A stretch of DNA of 64,000 bases from an uncultured Clostridia bacterium (GCA_964406735.1 CAYOSU010000009.1:4491-68490), one strand, 5' to 3'. Shown: positions 42,249 through 52,800, counted from the stretch's first letter. The notes: generated from the letters alone by a model not told the origin. Numbers and translations are program-made.

Positions 42249-44465
42249 ATGAGAAGACGAATCGAAATTTGCGGTGAATGGGAATTTTTGTACGACACAA
42301 ACGACATCGAGAAGACGGGAGGTACTTATATTTTCCTTCCGCATACCTATAACGCAGTTGACGGTCAGGACGGCGGCGGTGATTATTTCAGGGGCAGCTG
42401 CGTTTATAAAAAAACGCTGTCTGTAACTCCAAACGCCGGCAAAAAGTATTTCCTCGAATTCGAGGGAGTATCGGCATCGGCGGAGGTCTTTATCGACGGA
42501 AAATTTATCGGGAAGCACGACGGCGGATATTCTACGTTCCGCTTTGACATTACGGGGAAATTCTGCTTTGGCTCTACGCTTTCCGTTATCGTTGACAACA
42601 GCGCAAACGACAGTGTTTATCCGCAGAACGCAGACTTCACGTTCTACGGCGGAATTTATCGGGACGTCAGTCTCATCGAGACGGATAACGCCCACTTCGA
42701 CCTTGAGTTTTTCGGAAGCGAGGGTATCTTCGTAACGCCGACTCTTAACGCTGACGGCAGTGCGACTGTTAAGGTCAAAACGCTCGTTAAAGGGAACGGC
42801 GAGGTGGTTATTTCCGTTGACGGACAAGAAAAAACGGGCGAGGAAGCCGTTTTCGACATTCCCTCTCCCCGTCTTTGGAATGGACGGGAAGACCCATATC
42901 TTTATACGGCGGTGGCAATGCTTTACGTTGACGGAAAGCCCGTTGACGAGGTATCTTCTAAATTCGGCATAAGGAGCTTTTACGTTGACCCAAACGAGGG
43001 ATTTTTCTTGAACGGAATCAGCTATCCCTTGCGTGGCGTTGCTATGCATCAGGATAGGTTAGGCGTCGGCAACGCAATATCGAAGCAAAACATCGAGGAG
43101 GATATTTCGCTGATTCTTGAGATGGGCGCAACTACCGTGCGGCTTTCGCACTATCAGCACGCACAGAAGACGTATTGCGAGTGCGACGAAAAGGGCTTGG
43201 TCGTCTGGACGGAGATACCGTATATATCCGAGCATCTCGACAACGCAAGCGACAACGCCGTTTTGCAGATGAAGGAGCTTATCGCACAAAATTATAACCA
43301 CCCGTCGATATTTTTCTGGGGGCTTTCTAACGAGATAACTATGGCAGGAGCGGACAACCCCAACATCCTGCCCTTGCATATTAAGCTCAACGAGCTTTGT
43401 AAAAAGGACAGAACGAGGCTTACGACGCTTGCGTGCATTTCTGGACTTCCCGTAAATTCCCCTCTTCTTGACGTTACGGACGCACTTTCTTATAACCACT
43501 ACTTCGGCTGGTACGGCGGCAAGGTCGAGGATAACGGCGTTTGGTTCGACAATTTCCACGCTCTTCACCCAAATACCCCCGTCGGCATGTCGGAGTACGG
43601 CTGTGAAAACTCGCTGTGGCACTCCTCTCATCCGGAGCCCGGAGATTATTCCAACGAGTACCAGATGCGCTATCACGAAAGCATGATAGACCAACTGTTT
43701 GCGAGAAAATACCTATTTGCGACGCACGTATGGAATATGTTCGACTTCGCCGCAGACGCCCGAGACGAGGGAGGTACGCACGGACGCAACTGCAAGGGCT
43801 TGGTTACCTTTGACCGCAAAATCAAGAAGGACGCTTATTTTGCCTATAAGGCAAGGCTTTCGAGCGAAAAGGTGCTCCACCTTTGCAGCAAGGAGTTCGT
43901 AAACAGAGACGGCGACAAGACGGAGTTCGTTGTATATTCCAACGAAGGCTCCGTGGAGCTTTTCATAAACGGCAAATCTATCGAGAAAAAGTCGGAGAAA
44001 AATTGCTTTTATCACTTCACCGTTACTCAACCGAAAGGAGAATACGAGGTCGAAGTAAAAGGCGGCGGACTTTCGGAAAAGGCTACGTTTAAGCACGTCG
44101 ACAAGTTCGACGAAAGCTATTCGTTCGGCGGCGGCACCGTCCTCAACTGGTTTGATATTACTACGCCCGATGGCTTTTTCTCAGTGAAAGACCTTATGCG
44201 GGACATGAAAGGGACTGAGGCTATCGATATTGCGATGGAGCTTATTAAAGAGTTATCAGTACGCCGAGAGCAAAGGCTCAAGGAAAAAGAAGAAACAAGC
44301 GGCAAAAAGGTCGAGACGGGCGGCAAGGGCATGAGCGAGGAGGATCATATGAATATCCTGATGCAGTTCTCTCCCCTGCAGCTCATCAAAATGGGCTGTC
44401 CCGATATGCCAAAAGAAGATATTATTGCGCTGAACAATCGACTTAACGCTATTAAAAAGCCGTAG
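42249..44465 (+). CDS. glycoside hydrolase family 2
   Basis: 738 aa. Sugar-binding domain (VSASAEVFIDGKFIGKHDGGYSTFRFDIT). TIM-barrel motifs NHPSIFFWGLSNE and MSEYG. Confidence 0.85.
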   Translation: MRRRIEICGEWEFLYDTNDIEKTGGTYIFLPHTYNAVDGQDGGGDYFRGSCVYKKTLSVTPNAGKKYFLEFEGVSASAEVFIDGKFIGKHDGGYSTFRFDITGKFCFGSTLSVIVDNSANDSVYPQNADFTFYGGIYRDVSLIETDNAHFDLEFFGSEGIFVTPTLNADGSATVKVKTLVKGNGEVVISVDGQEKTGEEAVFDIPSPRLWNGREDPYLYTAVAMLYVDGKPVDEVSSKFGIRSFYVDPNEGFFLNGISYPLRGVAMHQDRLGVGNAISKQNIEEDISLILEMGATTVRLSHYQHAQKTYCECDEKGLVVWTEIPYISEHLDNASDNAVLQMKELIAQNYNHPSIFFWGLSNEITMAGADNPNILPLHIKLNELCKKDRTRLTTLACISGLPVNSPLLDVTDALSYNHYFGWYGGKVEDNGVWFDNFHALHPNTPVGMSEYGCENSLWHSSHPEPGDYSNEYQMRYHESMIDQLFARKYLFATHVWNMFDFAADARDEGGTHGRNCKGLVTFDRKIKKDAYFAYKARLSSEKVLHLCSKEFVNRDGDKTEFVVYSNEGSVELFINGKSIEKKSEKNCFYHFTVTQPKGEYEVEVKGGGLSEKATFKHVDKFDESYSFGGGTVLNWFDITTPDGFFSVKDLMRDMKGTEAIDIAMELIKELSVRREQRLKEKEETSGKKVETGGKGMSEEDHMNILMQFSPLQLIKMGCPDMPKEDIIALNNRLNAIKKP

Positions 44466-44475
44466 AAAATTTTTT

Positions 44476-44503
44476 GCGATCGCTAAATGCGGTCGCTTTT
44501 TTG
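44476..44503 (+). terminator. rho-independent terminator of the GH2 gene
   Basis: GCGATCGC/GCGGTCGC stem followed by T6. Confidence 0.7.
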
Positions 44504-44508
44504 TACGA

Positions 44509-44535
44509 AAAAAGAGCCTTCTTAGGCTCTTTATC
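44509..44535 (-). terminator. rho-independent terminator of the pgsA-side operon
   Basis: Minus strand reads AAGAGCCTAAGAAGGCTCTT followed by T6. Confidence 0.7.
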
Positions 44536-44550
44536 TGTTGCTATGTAATT

Positions 44551-44590
44551 TTTTGTCGAATTTTGTCGTATATTGACGAAATTTGGCGTT
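44551..44590 (+). repeat. four tandem 10-mers of the TTTTGTCGAA satellite abutting a stop codon
   Basis: TTTTGTCGAA TTTTGTCGTA TATTGACGAA ATTTGGCGTT. Confidence 0.8.
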
Positions 44591-45158
44591 ATTTTCCGCC
44601 ATCGAGCGGGAAATATGATATTTTCATCATGCTGAGTGCTCTGTACTTTCTGCGGGCTACGAGAAGCTCTCGGGTCTTGAAGAATTTTATATCGACGGCC
44701 TCCCAAAGGAGAACCCAAGCGACGATGTCTATTACCTCAGACCACAGCGCAGTTTCAACGACGTAGCCTAAGTATATCGCAAGCGCAAGCACTATTACGC
44801 CGAATATCGCAAGGACCAGTGCGAGCATGTTGTAAAATCGGAGCTCTTTCTCGTTGGCGTGGTACTTTTCGGTGTAATACTCCTTTATCGCCGCACGATA
44901 GAGCGTTTTCTCGTCGTCGTCAACGCAGTCGCTCTTTATATGCAATGACAGTTCCTCGTTCGCAGGGGTGAAGCGAGTGGAATTTTCTAAAAACTCGGCA
45001 ACGTCGCCGCTTATTACGGGAGTTGACGTTGACGAAAAGACGGACAGAAAGTCGCTGTCGTCTTTTACGTTCATGTTGAGTATTATCCTATCCTCTTCGT
45101 CCCGTTCGTAGCTTTTTTCTATTATCGCAGGGCGAAGCTTTTTGTTAAGCTTTTTCAT
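44589..45158 (-). CDS. hypothetical membrane protein (soluble N-domain + 2 C-terminal TM)
   Basis: 189-aa ORF. TM LALVLAIFGVIVLALAIYLGYV and IDIVAWVLLWEAV. Overlaps the upstream gene by 14 nt. Confidence 0.5.
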   Translation of the reverse strand: MKKLNKKLRPAIIEKSYERDEEDRIILNMNVKDDSDFLSVFSSTSTPVISGDVAEFLENSTRFTPANEELSLHIKSDCVDDDEKTLYRAAIKEYYTEKYHANEKELRFYNMLALVLAIFGVIVLALAIYLGYVVETALWSEVIDIVAWVLLWEAVDIKFFKTRELLVARRKYRALSMMKISYFPLDGGK

Positions 45159-45915
45159 TCAATTCTCTCTTTTGCGAAATTTGCGCCTTGTTCGGCATTA
45201 TTATCGGGTGCTTTTCTTTGTCAAAGGCGTATATCACTACGTATATCAACGCACCTAAGCTTTCTACCAGCATATCGTGCATGGTGTCGTGAAGACCGAT
45301 GTCAAGATAACCGCCTAAGCCCAAGGGAACGCCGTTGACTATTACCTCGGTTATGTTGTCTATCCTGCCCGTTACCGCCATTTGCTCGCCTAAGACGTAG
45401 GAATTTATGTAGGTAACGACCGTGTCGTTCTGCATATCCGTGCCCAAAAATTGGTCGCAACCGTATTCGAAAAACTCCCATGCGACCGATATTGCCATCG
45501 AAAAGCAGAGTGCGAATATCGCTTTCATCAAAAAGGTCGGCTCGTTGCCCTTGCTTGCAAGCTTTGCTATATATATTCCGAATATCGCAAACACTACGCC
45601 GCCAGATGTGTGAAGTACGTCGTCCCACCATTCGGTGAGGTAATACATATTGTAGACGTAGCCTATCATCGGGCCTAAGGCGTAGACCTCGCAGAATGCG
45701 AAGAACACCGTGTTGAGCCTGCATTTGAAAAGCCGTTCGGCTATATAGGGAAGCGCAAGCAGCAGCATCGTAAGCGCACACATAAGCGATTTCATTGCGT
45801 TACCCTTTACCGCCATAACTATCAGCGAAACGAGGGTGAATACCTCTAATACCGCCCATAAGACCGCTAAAATTACCCTCTCGCCTTTACGGCTATTTGC
45901 TGTTTTGGTTGTCAT
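45145..45915 (-). CDS. polytopic membrane protein, possibly DUF2238/YjdF-like
   Basis: 256 aa. AAGGAGAG SD. WWDDVLHTSGGVVFAIFG and SVAWEFFEYGCD motifs loosely recall YjdF-type proteins. Confidence 0.4.
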   Translation of the reverse strand: MTTKTANSRKGERVILAVLWAVLEVFTLVSLIVMAVKGNAMKSLMCALTMLLLALPYIAERLFKCRLNTVFFAFCEVYALGPMIGYVYNMYYLTEWWDDVLHTSGGVVFAIFGIYIAKLASKGNEPTFLMKAIFALCFSMAISVAWEFFEYGCDQFLGTDMQNDTVVTYINSYVLGEQMAVTGRIDNITEVIVNGVPLGLGGYLDIGLHDTMHDMLVESLGALIYVVIYAFDKEKHPIIMPNKAQISQKRELNEKA

Positions 45916-46010
45916 TTGTTCTCTCCTTACTACCGTTTTCTTTTGCCTATCTTTTCCTATACCTATCTATTTCCTATGCATCGAAACTAAGTAAGTGTGA
46001 ACGGTTTTAT

Positions 46011-46595
46011 TTAATTGTCAAACGTGCCTCTCTTTATCGCTTTGACGTTCTGCACAGTGTACAGTACGAACGACAGCAGCATCAGCGACAGGCAGATGCC
46101 GACCGAGATATACGATACGGACTTTGGAATATCGTACCAGATGATATGAAGCGCCATCATAGCATATAACGAAACCGTCGTTATCTTGCCGTGCCATACA
46201 GCACCCTTGACGCTGCTCGTTTTCTTTATCGATATCAGCGCAGTGATGCCCGTCGTTATCTCTTTGACGAACAAAAGAGCGAACGGTATCATCATATACG
46301 GGAAGCGGAATACGAGGCAGAAAAGCATCGTCGCTTGCGTCAGTTTGTCGGCAATGGGGTCTATTATCTTGCCAAGGTCGCTCACCATGTGGAATTTGCG
46401 TGCGATAAAGCCGTCTACTACGTCCGTAAGCCCCGAAAGCAGCAACACGAAAAACGTCCAATTATAGCTCTCTTTGCCGATATACAGCCAGATTATGACC
46501 GGTATCAGGCAAAGTCTGAACAGGGACAGTAGATTGGGGATCGTTAAGATCTTGTTTTTGTACTTGTTCTCTGCGTTGTCGTTCACGAATCGCAT
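46011..46595 (-). CDS. pgsA: CDP-alcohol phosphatidyltransferase (PgsA-like)
   Basis: DVVDGFIARKFHMVSDLGKIIDPIADKL matches D(x2)DG(x2)AR(x8)G(x3)D(x3)D. Confidence 0.85.
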   Translation of the reverse strand: MRFVNDNAENKYKNKILTIPNLLSLFRLCLIPVIIWLYIGKESYNWTFFVLLLSGLTDVVDGFIARKFHMVSDLGKIIDPIADKLTQATMLFCLVFRFPYMMIPFALLFVKEITTGITALISIKKTSSVKGAVWHGKITTVSLYAMMALHIIWYDIPKSVSYISVGICLSLMLLSFVLYTVQNVKAIKRGTFDN

Positions 46596-46647
46596 TCTCC
46601 TTGAAATGGCATTTTTCGTTAAAACACCAGTTTTTAATGCACATTAC

Positions 46648-46677
46648 ATTATAGACGCTTTTTTAATTAAATGTCAA
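46648..46677 (-). promoter_or_regulatory. sigma-A type promoter of pgsA
   Basis: TTGACA, 18-nt spacer, TATAAT. Confidence 0.65.
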
Positions 46678-46804
46678 CGGTAGGCGTGTGGGAAAACTGT
46701 GGGAAAATTATGTGAAATTTGTTTCAGGTTGGTGCGGAGTGTGGCGGCTGATAAAAATACAAGTCCCAAAGTAAGCCTTCGACGAGATGAACGCATTTCG
46801 TACA

Positions 46805-46838
46805 TAAAAAAACGAGGAGCTATTACTGTTCCTCGTTT
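46805..46838 (-). terminator. terminator overlapping the doc stop codon
   Basis: Minus strand reads AACGAGGAACAGTAATAGCTCCTCGTT followed by T7. The stop codon sits in the loop. Confidence 0.65.
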
Positions 46839-47212
46839 TTCAAGTGGGCGTATACCCATTCTTTTAATTTTTCAAAATCGATCCGTCCCGACGCCAGCTG
46901 CAGGAAAACATCCGACAGTTCCTTTTGCGTATAAACAAGCGATACACCGTTCAAGACAAGAACAACGAGCATTGCATGCGCACCGATCCGTTTGTTTCCG
47001 TCAATAAACGGGTGATTTTGCGTAAGCCCGTAAGCAAGTCGGGCGGCTTTATCGATCAAAGTCGGATATAGTTCAATATCATCATAAGTTTGCATAGGGG
47101 CTAACAATGCGGATTCTAACAAATTATCATCACGCAATCCCTCAATACCTCCCGTTGCTTGTATTAGCTCGCTATGAAGATAAAGAACTTGTTCTTTTGA
47201 AAGCCAGATCAT
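46823..47212 (-). CDS. doc: type II toxin, Doc (death-on-curing) / Fic family
   Basis: HPFIDGNKRIGAHAM Doc-type Fic motif. 129 aa. 4-nt overlap with the antitoxin gene. Confidence 0.9.
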   Translation of the reverse strand: MIWLSKEQVLYLHSELIQATGGIEGLRDDNLLESALLAPMQTYDDIELYPTLIDKAARLAYGLTQNHPFIDGNKRIGAHAMLVVLVLNGVSLVYTQKELSDVFLQLASGRIDFEKLKEWVYAHLKNEEQ

Positions 47213-47466
47213 TTCGCCAATTCCTCGTAAGCGGTTTTATTCTGCTCTAAAAGTTGTTTCGAAATAGACGTAACGGCATCGTTGGAAGCCATTACCAAAG
47301 CACCGTTATTGCGAGTAATTTCAAAAGGAATGCGTTGCTCACGAACAGATTGTCTGATAAACATCGTTATTGCCGCATTCATGGAAAGCCCAAAGTCTGA
47401 AAAGAGGGCGTCTGCTTGTTTTTTAAGTTGTTCGTCCATGCGAAGCGTTACATTTACATTAGCCAT
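47209..47466 (-). CDS. type II antitoxin, RelB/DinJ family (ribbon-helix-helix)
   Basis: MANVNVTLRMDEQLKKQADALFSDFGLSMNAAITMFIRQSVREQRIPFEI is typical of DinJ/RelB. Confidence 0.8.
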   Translation of the reverse strand: MANVNVTLRMDEQLKKQADALFSDFGLSMNAAITMFIRQSVREQRIPFEITRNNGALVMASNDAVTSISKQLLEQNKTAYEELAK

Positions 47467-47494
47467 AATGATACCTCCTATTAAATGCTACATC

Positions 47495-47533
47495 ATTATT
47501 GTACGCAAATTGAAAGCGTTTGTCAACAATAAT
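47495..47533 (-). promoter_or_regulatory. TA-module promoter bracketed by an 8-bp inverted repeat (candidate operator)
   Basis: TTGACA, 17-nt spacer, TACAAT. ATTATTGT (47495-47502) and ACAATAAT (47526-47533) flank it. Confidence 0.7.
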
Positions 47534-47602
47534 ATGTGTAAAAGCAGTGCAAATTATGTGCAAATGCTTTATCGATTCAGGTTAGCGGTGTGTAGAGTAA
47601 TA

Positions 47603-47632
47603 TAAAAGTCCTCGAATGGTCGAGGGCTTTTG
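47603..47632 (-). terminator. terminator after ppiB
   Basis: Minus strand reads AAAGCCCTCGACCATTCGAGGACTTTT. Confidence 0.65.
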
Positions 47633-47659
47633 AGTGTTTGTTTTTGCGATTTTAGGTCA

Positions 47660-48178
47660 TCAGGCTTTGACGGGTTCGGAGGGGGTATAGCCGTTGAGGT
47701 CTACGGTTACCTTTTTCATTTTCTGCTCCTCATAGGGGCGGTCGTTTCTATCCGTCTTGGTCGTTGCTATCTTATCGATGACATCCAAGCCCTCTATTAC
47801 CTTGCCGAACGTTGCGTACTGGCCGTCGAGGTAGGGATAATCTACGTGCATGATGAAAAACTGCGAGCCTGCGGAGTTGGGGTTCATCGCTCTTGCCATA
47901 GAAAGAACTCCTCTCGTGTGCTTCAAGTCGTTCTTGAAGCCGTTTGCGCTGAACTCGCCCTTGATGCAATAGCCGGGGCCGCCCATGCCACTACCCATCG
48001 GGTCGCCGCCTTGGATCATGAAGCCCTTGATGCAACGGTGGAATATAAGTCCGTCGTAAAAGCCCTTGCTTGCAAGCGAAATGAAGTTATCTACGGTGTT
48101 TTTCGCTATCTCCGGGTAAAGCTCGGCTACCATTACGTCGCCGTTTTCCATTTCTATTCTGACTTTCGGATCTGCCAT
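47660..48178 (-). CDS. ppiB: peptidylprolyl isomerase, cyclophilin type
   Basis: FHRCIKGFMIQGGDP, MARAMNPNSAGSQFFI and ATFGKVIEGLDVIDKI. Confidence 0.93.
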   Translation of the reverse strand: MADPKVRIEMENGDVMVAELYPEIAKNTVDNFISLASKGFYDGLIFHRCIKGFMIQGGDPMGSGMGGPGYCIKGEFSANGFKNDLKHTRGVLSMARAMNPNSAGSQFFIMHVDYPYLDGQYATFGKVIEGLDVIDKIATTKTDRNDRPYEEQKMKKVTVDLNGYTPSEPVKA

Positions 48179-48261
48179 TTTTAGTTCTCCTTTTTTAGGT
48201 TTTCAACGCCTCGAAAAGTTTTTTCGGCGTTGTTTTAGTATTTCTTTGCGTTTAATATTAT

Positions 48262-48291
48262 TAAAAGCTCTTTGGATTTTAAAGAGCTTTA
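48262..48291 (-). terminator. terminator after the second RluA-family gene
   Basis: AAAGCTCTTT/AAAGAGCTTT stem, followed by TTTTAATAAT on the minus strand. Confidence 0.55.
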
Positions 48292-48300
48292 TGTTTTTTC

Positions 48301-48999
48301 TTAAAACGCTTTGAGCGCTCTTTCGATGTCGAAGGACTTCCAAGGCGTTTCGTCCTCGGGAGGGTACGCTATGAACGTCATGAGCTCTTTCGTTACGGGG
48401 TGGTTGAACTTCAACACAGTCGACCAAAGCGCAAGCTTGCACGGGTCGTTGCTGCCGTACTTTCTATCGCCGCAAATCGTTGCGTGAGAAGTCGAGAGCT
48501 GTACCCTTATCTGGTGTCCTCTGCCCGTGATAAGTCTTACTAAAACGAGCTGGTAATTGCCCTTTTCCTCCATTACGTCGTATAAAAGCTCTGCTTTCTT
48601 TGCACCCTCGGTCGCCTCGGGAACGACGTAAACAGTGTTAGTAACCGCATTCTTTTTGAGGTAATGGGTGAGCTTCCCCTCTTTCTCGGGAAGCTTGCCG
48701 TTCGTGACGCAAAGGTAGCACTTGGAAAGCTCGCCGTCCCTTATGCTTTCGGAAAGTCTCGATGCAGCTTTACTCGTCTTAGCAAAGACCATTACTCCGC
48801 CCGTCGGGCGATCGAGTCTATGCACGAGTCCCGCATAAGCATTGCCCGTCTTGCCGTATTTTTCTTTCAGATATCTCTTTACGACGGAAAGCATATCGTC
48901 GTCGCCCGAAGAATCGCCCTGCGAAGGGATATTCTGAGGCTTGACGACTACTATTATATGGTTGTCTTCATAAAGAATTTTCAGATCTTTCGTATCCAT
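48301..48999 (-). CDS. RluA family pseudouridine synthase (no S4 domain)
   Basis: VHRLDRPTGGVMVFAKT catalytic motif and GRGHQIRVQL. Confidence 0.85.
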   Translation of the reverse strand: MDTKDLKILYEDNHIIVVVKPQNIPSQGDSSGDDDMLSVVKRYLKEKYGKTGNAYAGLVHRLDRPTGGVMVFAKTSKAASRLSESIRDGELSKCYLCVTNGKLPEKEGKLTHYLKKNAVTNTVYVVPEATEGAKKAELLYDVMEEKGNYQLVLVRLITGRGHQIRVQLSTSHATICGDRKYGSNDPCKLALWSTVLKFNHPVTKELMTFIAYPPEDETPWKSFDIERALKAF

Positions 49000-49002
49000 T
49001 TG

Positions 49003-49869
49003 CTATTTCCTTTCATTGAAAATATATATTCCGCTCGCTCCGCAGGGAAGAAGTATGCCCTCTTCCTCAGTCGGAAGGCACAGCTCGTATGAGTCCGCTT
49101 TACCCTCTTGCCCGAATACCGACGTTAATAAGTTCCTGAGTACCGTCGGTTGAAGTCCGGTCGTATAGCTATTTATCAGCACGAACAGCGGCTTTTCGGA
49201 AAGAACGTCTTTTACCGTCTTTATCAGGTCGTACACGCCGTCCTCTAACTTCCATACCTCGCCGCCAGGGCCTCTGCCGTAAGAGGGAGGGTCCATTATT
49301 ACGGCGTCGTATTTTCTGCCTCGCCTTATCTCTCTTTGCACGAACTTGAAGCAGTCGTCCACGATATAGCGAACGGGTCTATCCTCTAAGTGAGAAAGCT
49401 TGATATTCTCCGCCGCCCTCTCTACCATGCCTTTCGCAGCATCTACATGGCATACGCTCGCACCGCTTGCAAGGCACGCTACCGTCGCTCCGCCCGTATA
49501 CGCAAAGAGGTTGAGAACAGAAATGGGTCTTCCAGCGCTTTCTATCAGCTCTCGCATCATATCCCAATTCGCCGCCTGCTCGGGGAAAAGTCCCGTATGC
49601 TTGAAGCCCATCGGCATTATCGAGAAGGTAAGATCACGGTAATTTATTGTCCAGCTCTTCGGCAGCTTTTTCTTGAAATCCCAAGCGCCGCCGCCTTTCG
49701 ACGACCTCGTATATATGCCGTCTACGCCCTCTATATTTCTCAGATCCTCGTGCTTCCATATCGCCTGAGGCTCGGGACGCAGTAGCTTTATTTCGCCCCA
49801 ACGCTCCAGCTTTTCGCCGTTGCCCGTTGCTATGACGGAATAATCCTGCCAACCGTCGGCTATCTTCAT
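49003..49869 (-). CDS. class I SAM-dependent (rRNA) methyltransferase, RlmI/COG1092-like
   Basis: Start at ATG 49869 overlapping the ileS TGA (ATGA). VLNLFAYTGGATVA SAM motif and IMDPPSYGRG. Confidence 0.65.
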   Translation of the reverse strand: MKIADGWQDYSVIATGNGEKLERWGEIKLLRPEPQAIWKHEDLRNIEGVDGIYTRSSKGGGAWDFKKKLPKSWTINYRDLTFSIMPMGFKHTGLFPEQAANWDMMRELIESAGRPISVLNLFAYTGGATVACLASGASVCHVDAAKGMVERAAENIKLSHLEDRPVRYIVDDCFKFVQREIRRGRKYDAVIMDPPSYGRGPGGEVWKLEDGVYDLIKTVKDVLSEKPLFVLINSYTTGLQPTVLRNLLTSVFGQEGKADSYELCLPTEEEGILLPCGASGIYIFNERK

Positions 49870-52800
49870 CTGACGACCTCGACGGAAAGGGTTACGTTTT
49901 CGCCGTTGATGTCCCAAGAAGCCTGATAGCCAGAAAGCGTATTCGTTACTTCAAGCGCAAGTACGTCTCTCTTGATGCTCTCTTTCTCGCTCTCGATTAT
50001 CTTTGAAAGCTTTTCGCCTGCCTCGTAGCCTACTCTTATTCTGTCTACTACCTCGAAGCCTGCGTCCTTTCTCATCGTCTGTATCTTGGAAACGAGCTCT
50101 CTTATCATGCCCTCTGCGATAAGTTCGTCGGTGAGTGCCGTGTCGAGAACTACGGTAAGTCCGTTATCGGAAGCCGCAACGAAGCCCTCTTTATTCTTCG
50201 TCGTTACGACCAAGTCCTCTTCTCCGACCTCAACGGGCGTGCCGTTTACCTCGAAAGAGAACTTCTCGCCGCTTCTTACCTTATTTACTATCTCATCGGC
50301 GTTCTGAACACCCATAAGGTATTCCTTGATGGCGTTCATGTTCTTGCCGTATATCTTGCCTAAGGTCTTGAAGTTGGGCTTTATCTCATAAGAGATGAAC
50401 TCGCTTGCGTTGTCGAAGGGCAATACCTCGTGAACGTTGAGCTCCTCCTCTATTACCGACTTCATATCGTCGTTTATCTCCGTCTTTCTGCCGCCGTAGT
50501 ACATCTTGGAAAGAGGCTGTCTGTTCTTGATGTTGGCGTTCGCTCTCGAAGATCTGCCCAAAATGACGATCTCCATCGCTATCTCCATCTGCTCTTCGAG
50601 CGTTACGTCGATAAGCAACTCGTTTGCTATCGGATACTCGCAAAGGTGAATGGACTTCGGAGCGTCTTTCTCTACCGATCTTACTAAGTTCTGGTAGATG
50701 CTCTCAGTTATGAACGGCGTGAAGGGTGCTGCAACAAGGCAGAGGTTCTTTAATACGTAGTAAAGCGTGTAGAACGCAGCTGTCTTATCGTCGCCCATGC
50801 CCTTACCCCAGAAGCGTTCACGGGAGCGTCTTACGTACCAGTTGGAAAGCTCATCGGTGAACTCCGTGATTGCTCTTCCTGCGTCGGTGATGTTATAGAC
50901 GTTCAAAAGCTCGGTTACTTTCTTGATAAGAGAGTTGAGCTTGCTTATTATCCACTTGTCCATCAACGTTAAGTTCAAGCTGTTGAGCGAGTACTTCGTC
51001 GGGTCAAATTCGTCGATGTTTGCGTACAGGATATAGAACGCATAGGTGTTCCAAAGCGTTCCCATAAACTTCCTCTGCGACTCCGCAACGGCGTCGTGAG
51101 AGTATCTCGACGGGAGCCACGGAGCGGAAGAGGTGTAGAAATACCACCTTACGGCGTCTGCGCCTACCGTATGGAGCGCCTCGTCGGGTGAGATGACGTT
51201 GCCTTTGTGCTTACTCATCTTTATTCCGTTCTTATCGTTGACGTGTCCCATGACGATGCAGTTCTTGAACGGAGCTTTATTGAAAAGCAACGTCGATATC
51301 GAAAGCAACGTGTAGAACCATCCGCGGGTCTGATCTACCGCTTCGGATATGAAGTCGGCAGGGAAACGGCTCTCGAATAGCTCTTTATTCTCGAACGGAT
51401 AGTGGAACTGCGCAAAGGGCATCGAGCCGCTATCGAACCAGCAGTCCGCCACTTCCGGAACTCTCGACATCGTGCCGCCGCACTCGGGGCACTTGAACGT
51501 TACGTTGTCTACGTACGGGCGGTGAAGCTCTATGTCGCCCTCGATATTGCCAAGCTCTTTAAGCTCCGCCTTCGACGAAACGACGTGGATATGTCCGCAG
51601 TCGGGACACTTCCAGATGGGAAGGGGCGTACCCCAATACCTCTCTCTCGAAACGCCCCAATCGATGACATTCTCCAAGAAGTTGCCCATTCTGCCCTCGC
51701 CTATCGACTTGGGTATCCAATTTATCGAATTGTTGTTCCTGATAAGATCGTCCTTGACGTCAGTCATCTTGATGAACCAGGAATTTCTTGCATAGTAAAT
51801 AAGCGGTGTGTCGCAACGCCAGCAGTGAGGATAGTTATGCTCGTGCATTACTTCCTTGAAAAGAAGTCCTCTATCTTTGAGCTCGTTGATTATAGGTCTG
51901 TCCGCTTTCTTGGCATCCATACCCTCGTATTCGCCTGTGCCCTCTACGAATTTGCCGTTAGGACCTATCAGCTGAACGAAGGGAAGGTCGTACTTTCTGC
52001 CTACCTTGCTGTCGTCCTCGCCGAATGCAGGCGCAATGTGGACTATGCCCGAGCCGTCGGTAAGCGTTACGTAGCCGTCGTTGACGACGTAATACGCCTT
52101 TTTCTTAGGGTTTGCGTAAGTAAAGAGCGGCTCGTACTCGGTGTATTCGTACTCTTTGCCGAGCTTTACGTCTACCTTTTCATACGTACCCTCTTCAAAG
52201 AGCGACGGGATAAGCTCGTCTGCGAGAATGAAATACTCGCCGTCAACGAGAATTTTCGTGTACTTCTCGTCGGGATTCATACAAAGTGCAACGTTTGACG
52301 GCAAAGTCCAAGGTGTCGTCGTCCAAGCGAGGAAGTAGGTGTTTTCCTCGTTCTTTACCTTGAACTTGACGAATATCGACGCCTCTTTGACCATCTTGTA
52401 GCCCTGCGCTACCTCGTGCGACGCAAGCGCCGTGCCGCAACGGGGACAGTAGGGTACTACCTTGTAGCCGTCATACAAAAGTCCTTTTTTGTAGATCTCC
52501 GAAAAAGCCCACCAAACGGACTCGATATAATTGTCGTCATAGGTGATATACGGGTTCTCCATGTCAGCCCAGAAGCCGACCTCGTCCGACATCTTCTCCC
52601 ACTCGCCTTTGTATTTCCATACGGACTCTTTGCACTTCTTGATGAAGGGCTCGATGCCGTATTTCTCTATGTCCTTCTTGCCGTCCATGCCTAAGATCTT
52701 CTCGACCTCAAGCTCGACGGGAAGTCCGTGCGTGTCCCAGCCTGCCTTTCTCTGGACGTTGTAGCCCTGCATTACTTTGTAACGAGGGATGATGTCCTTG

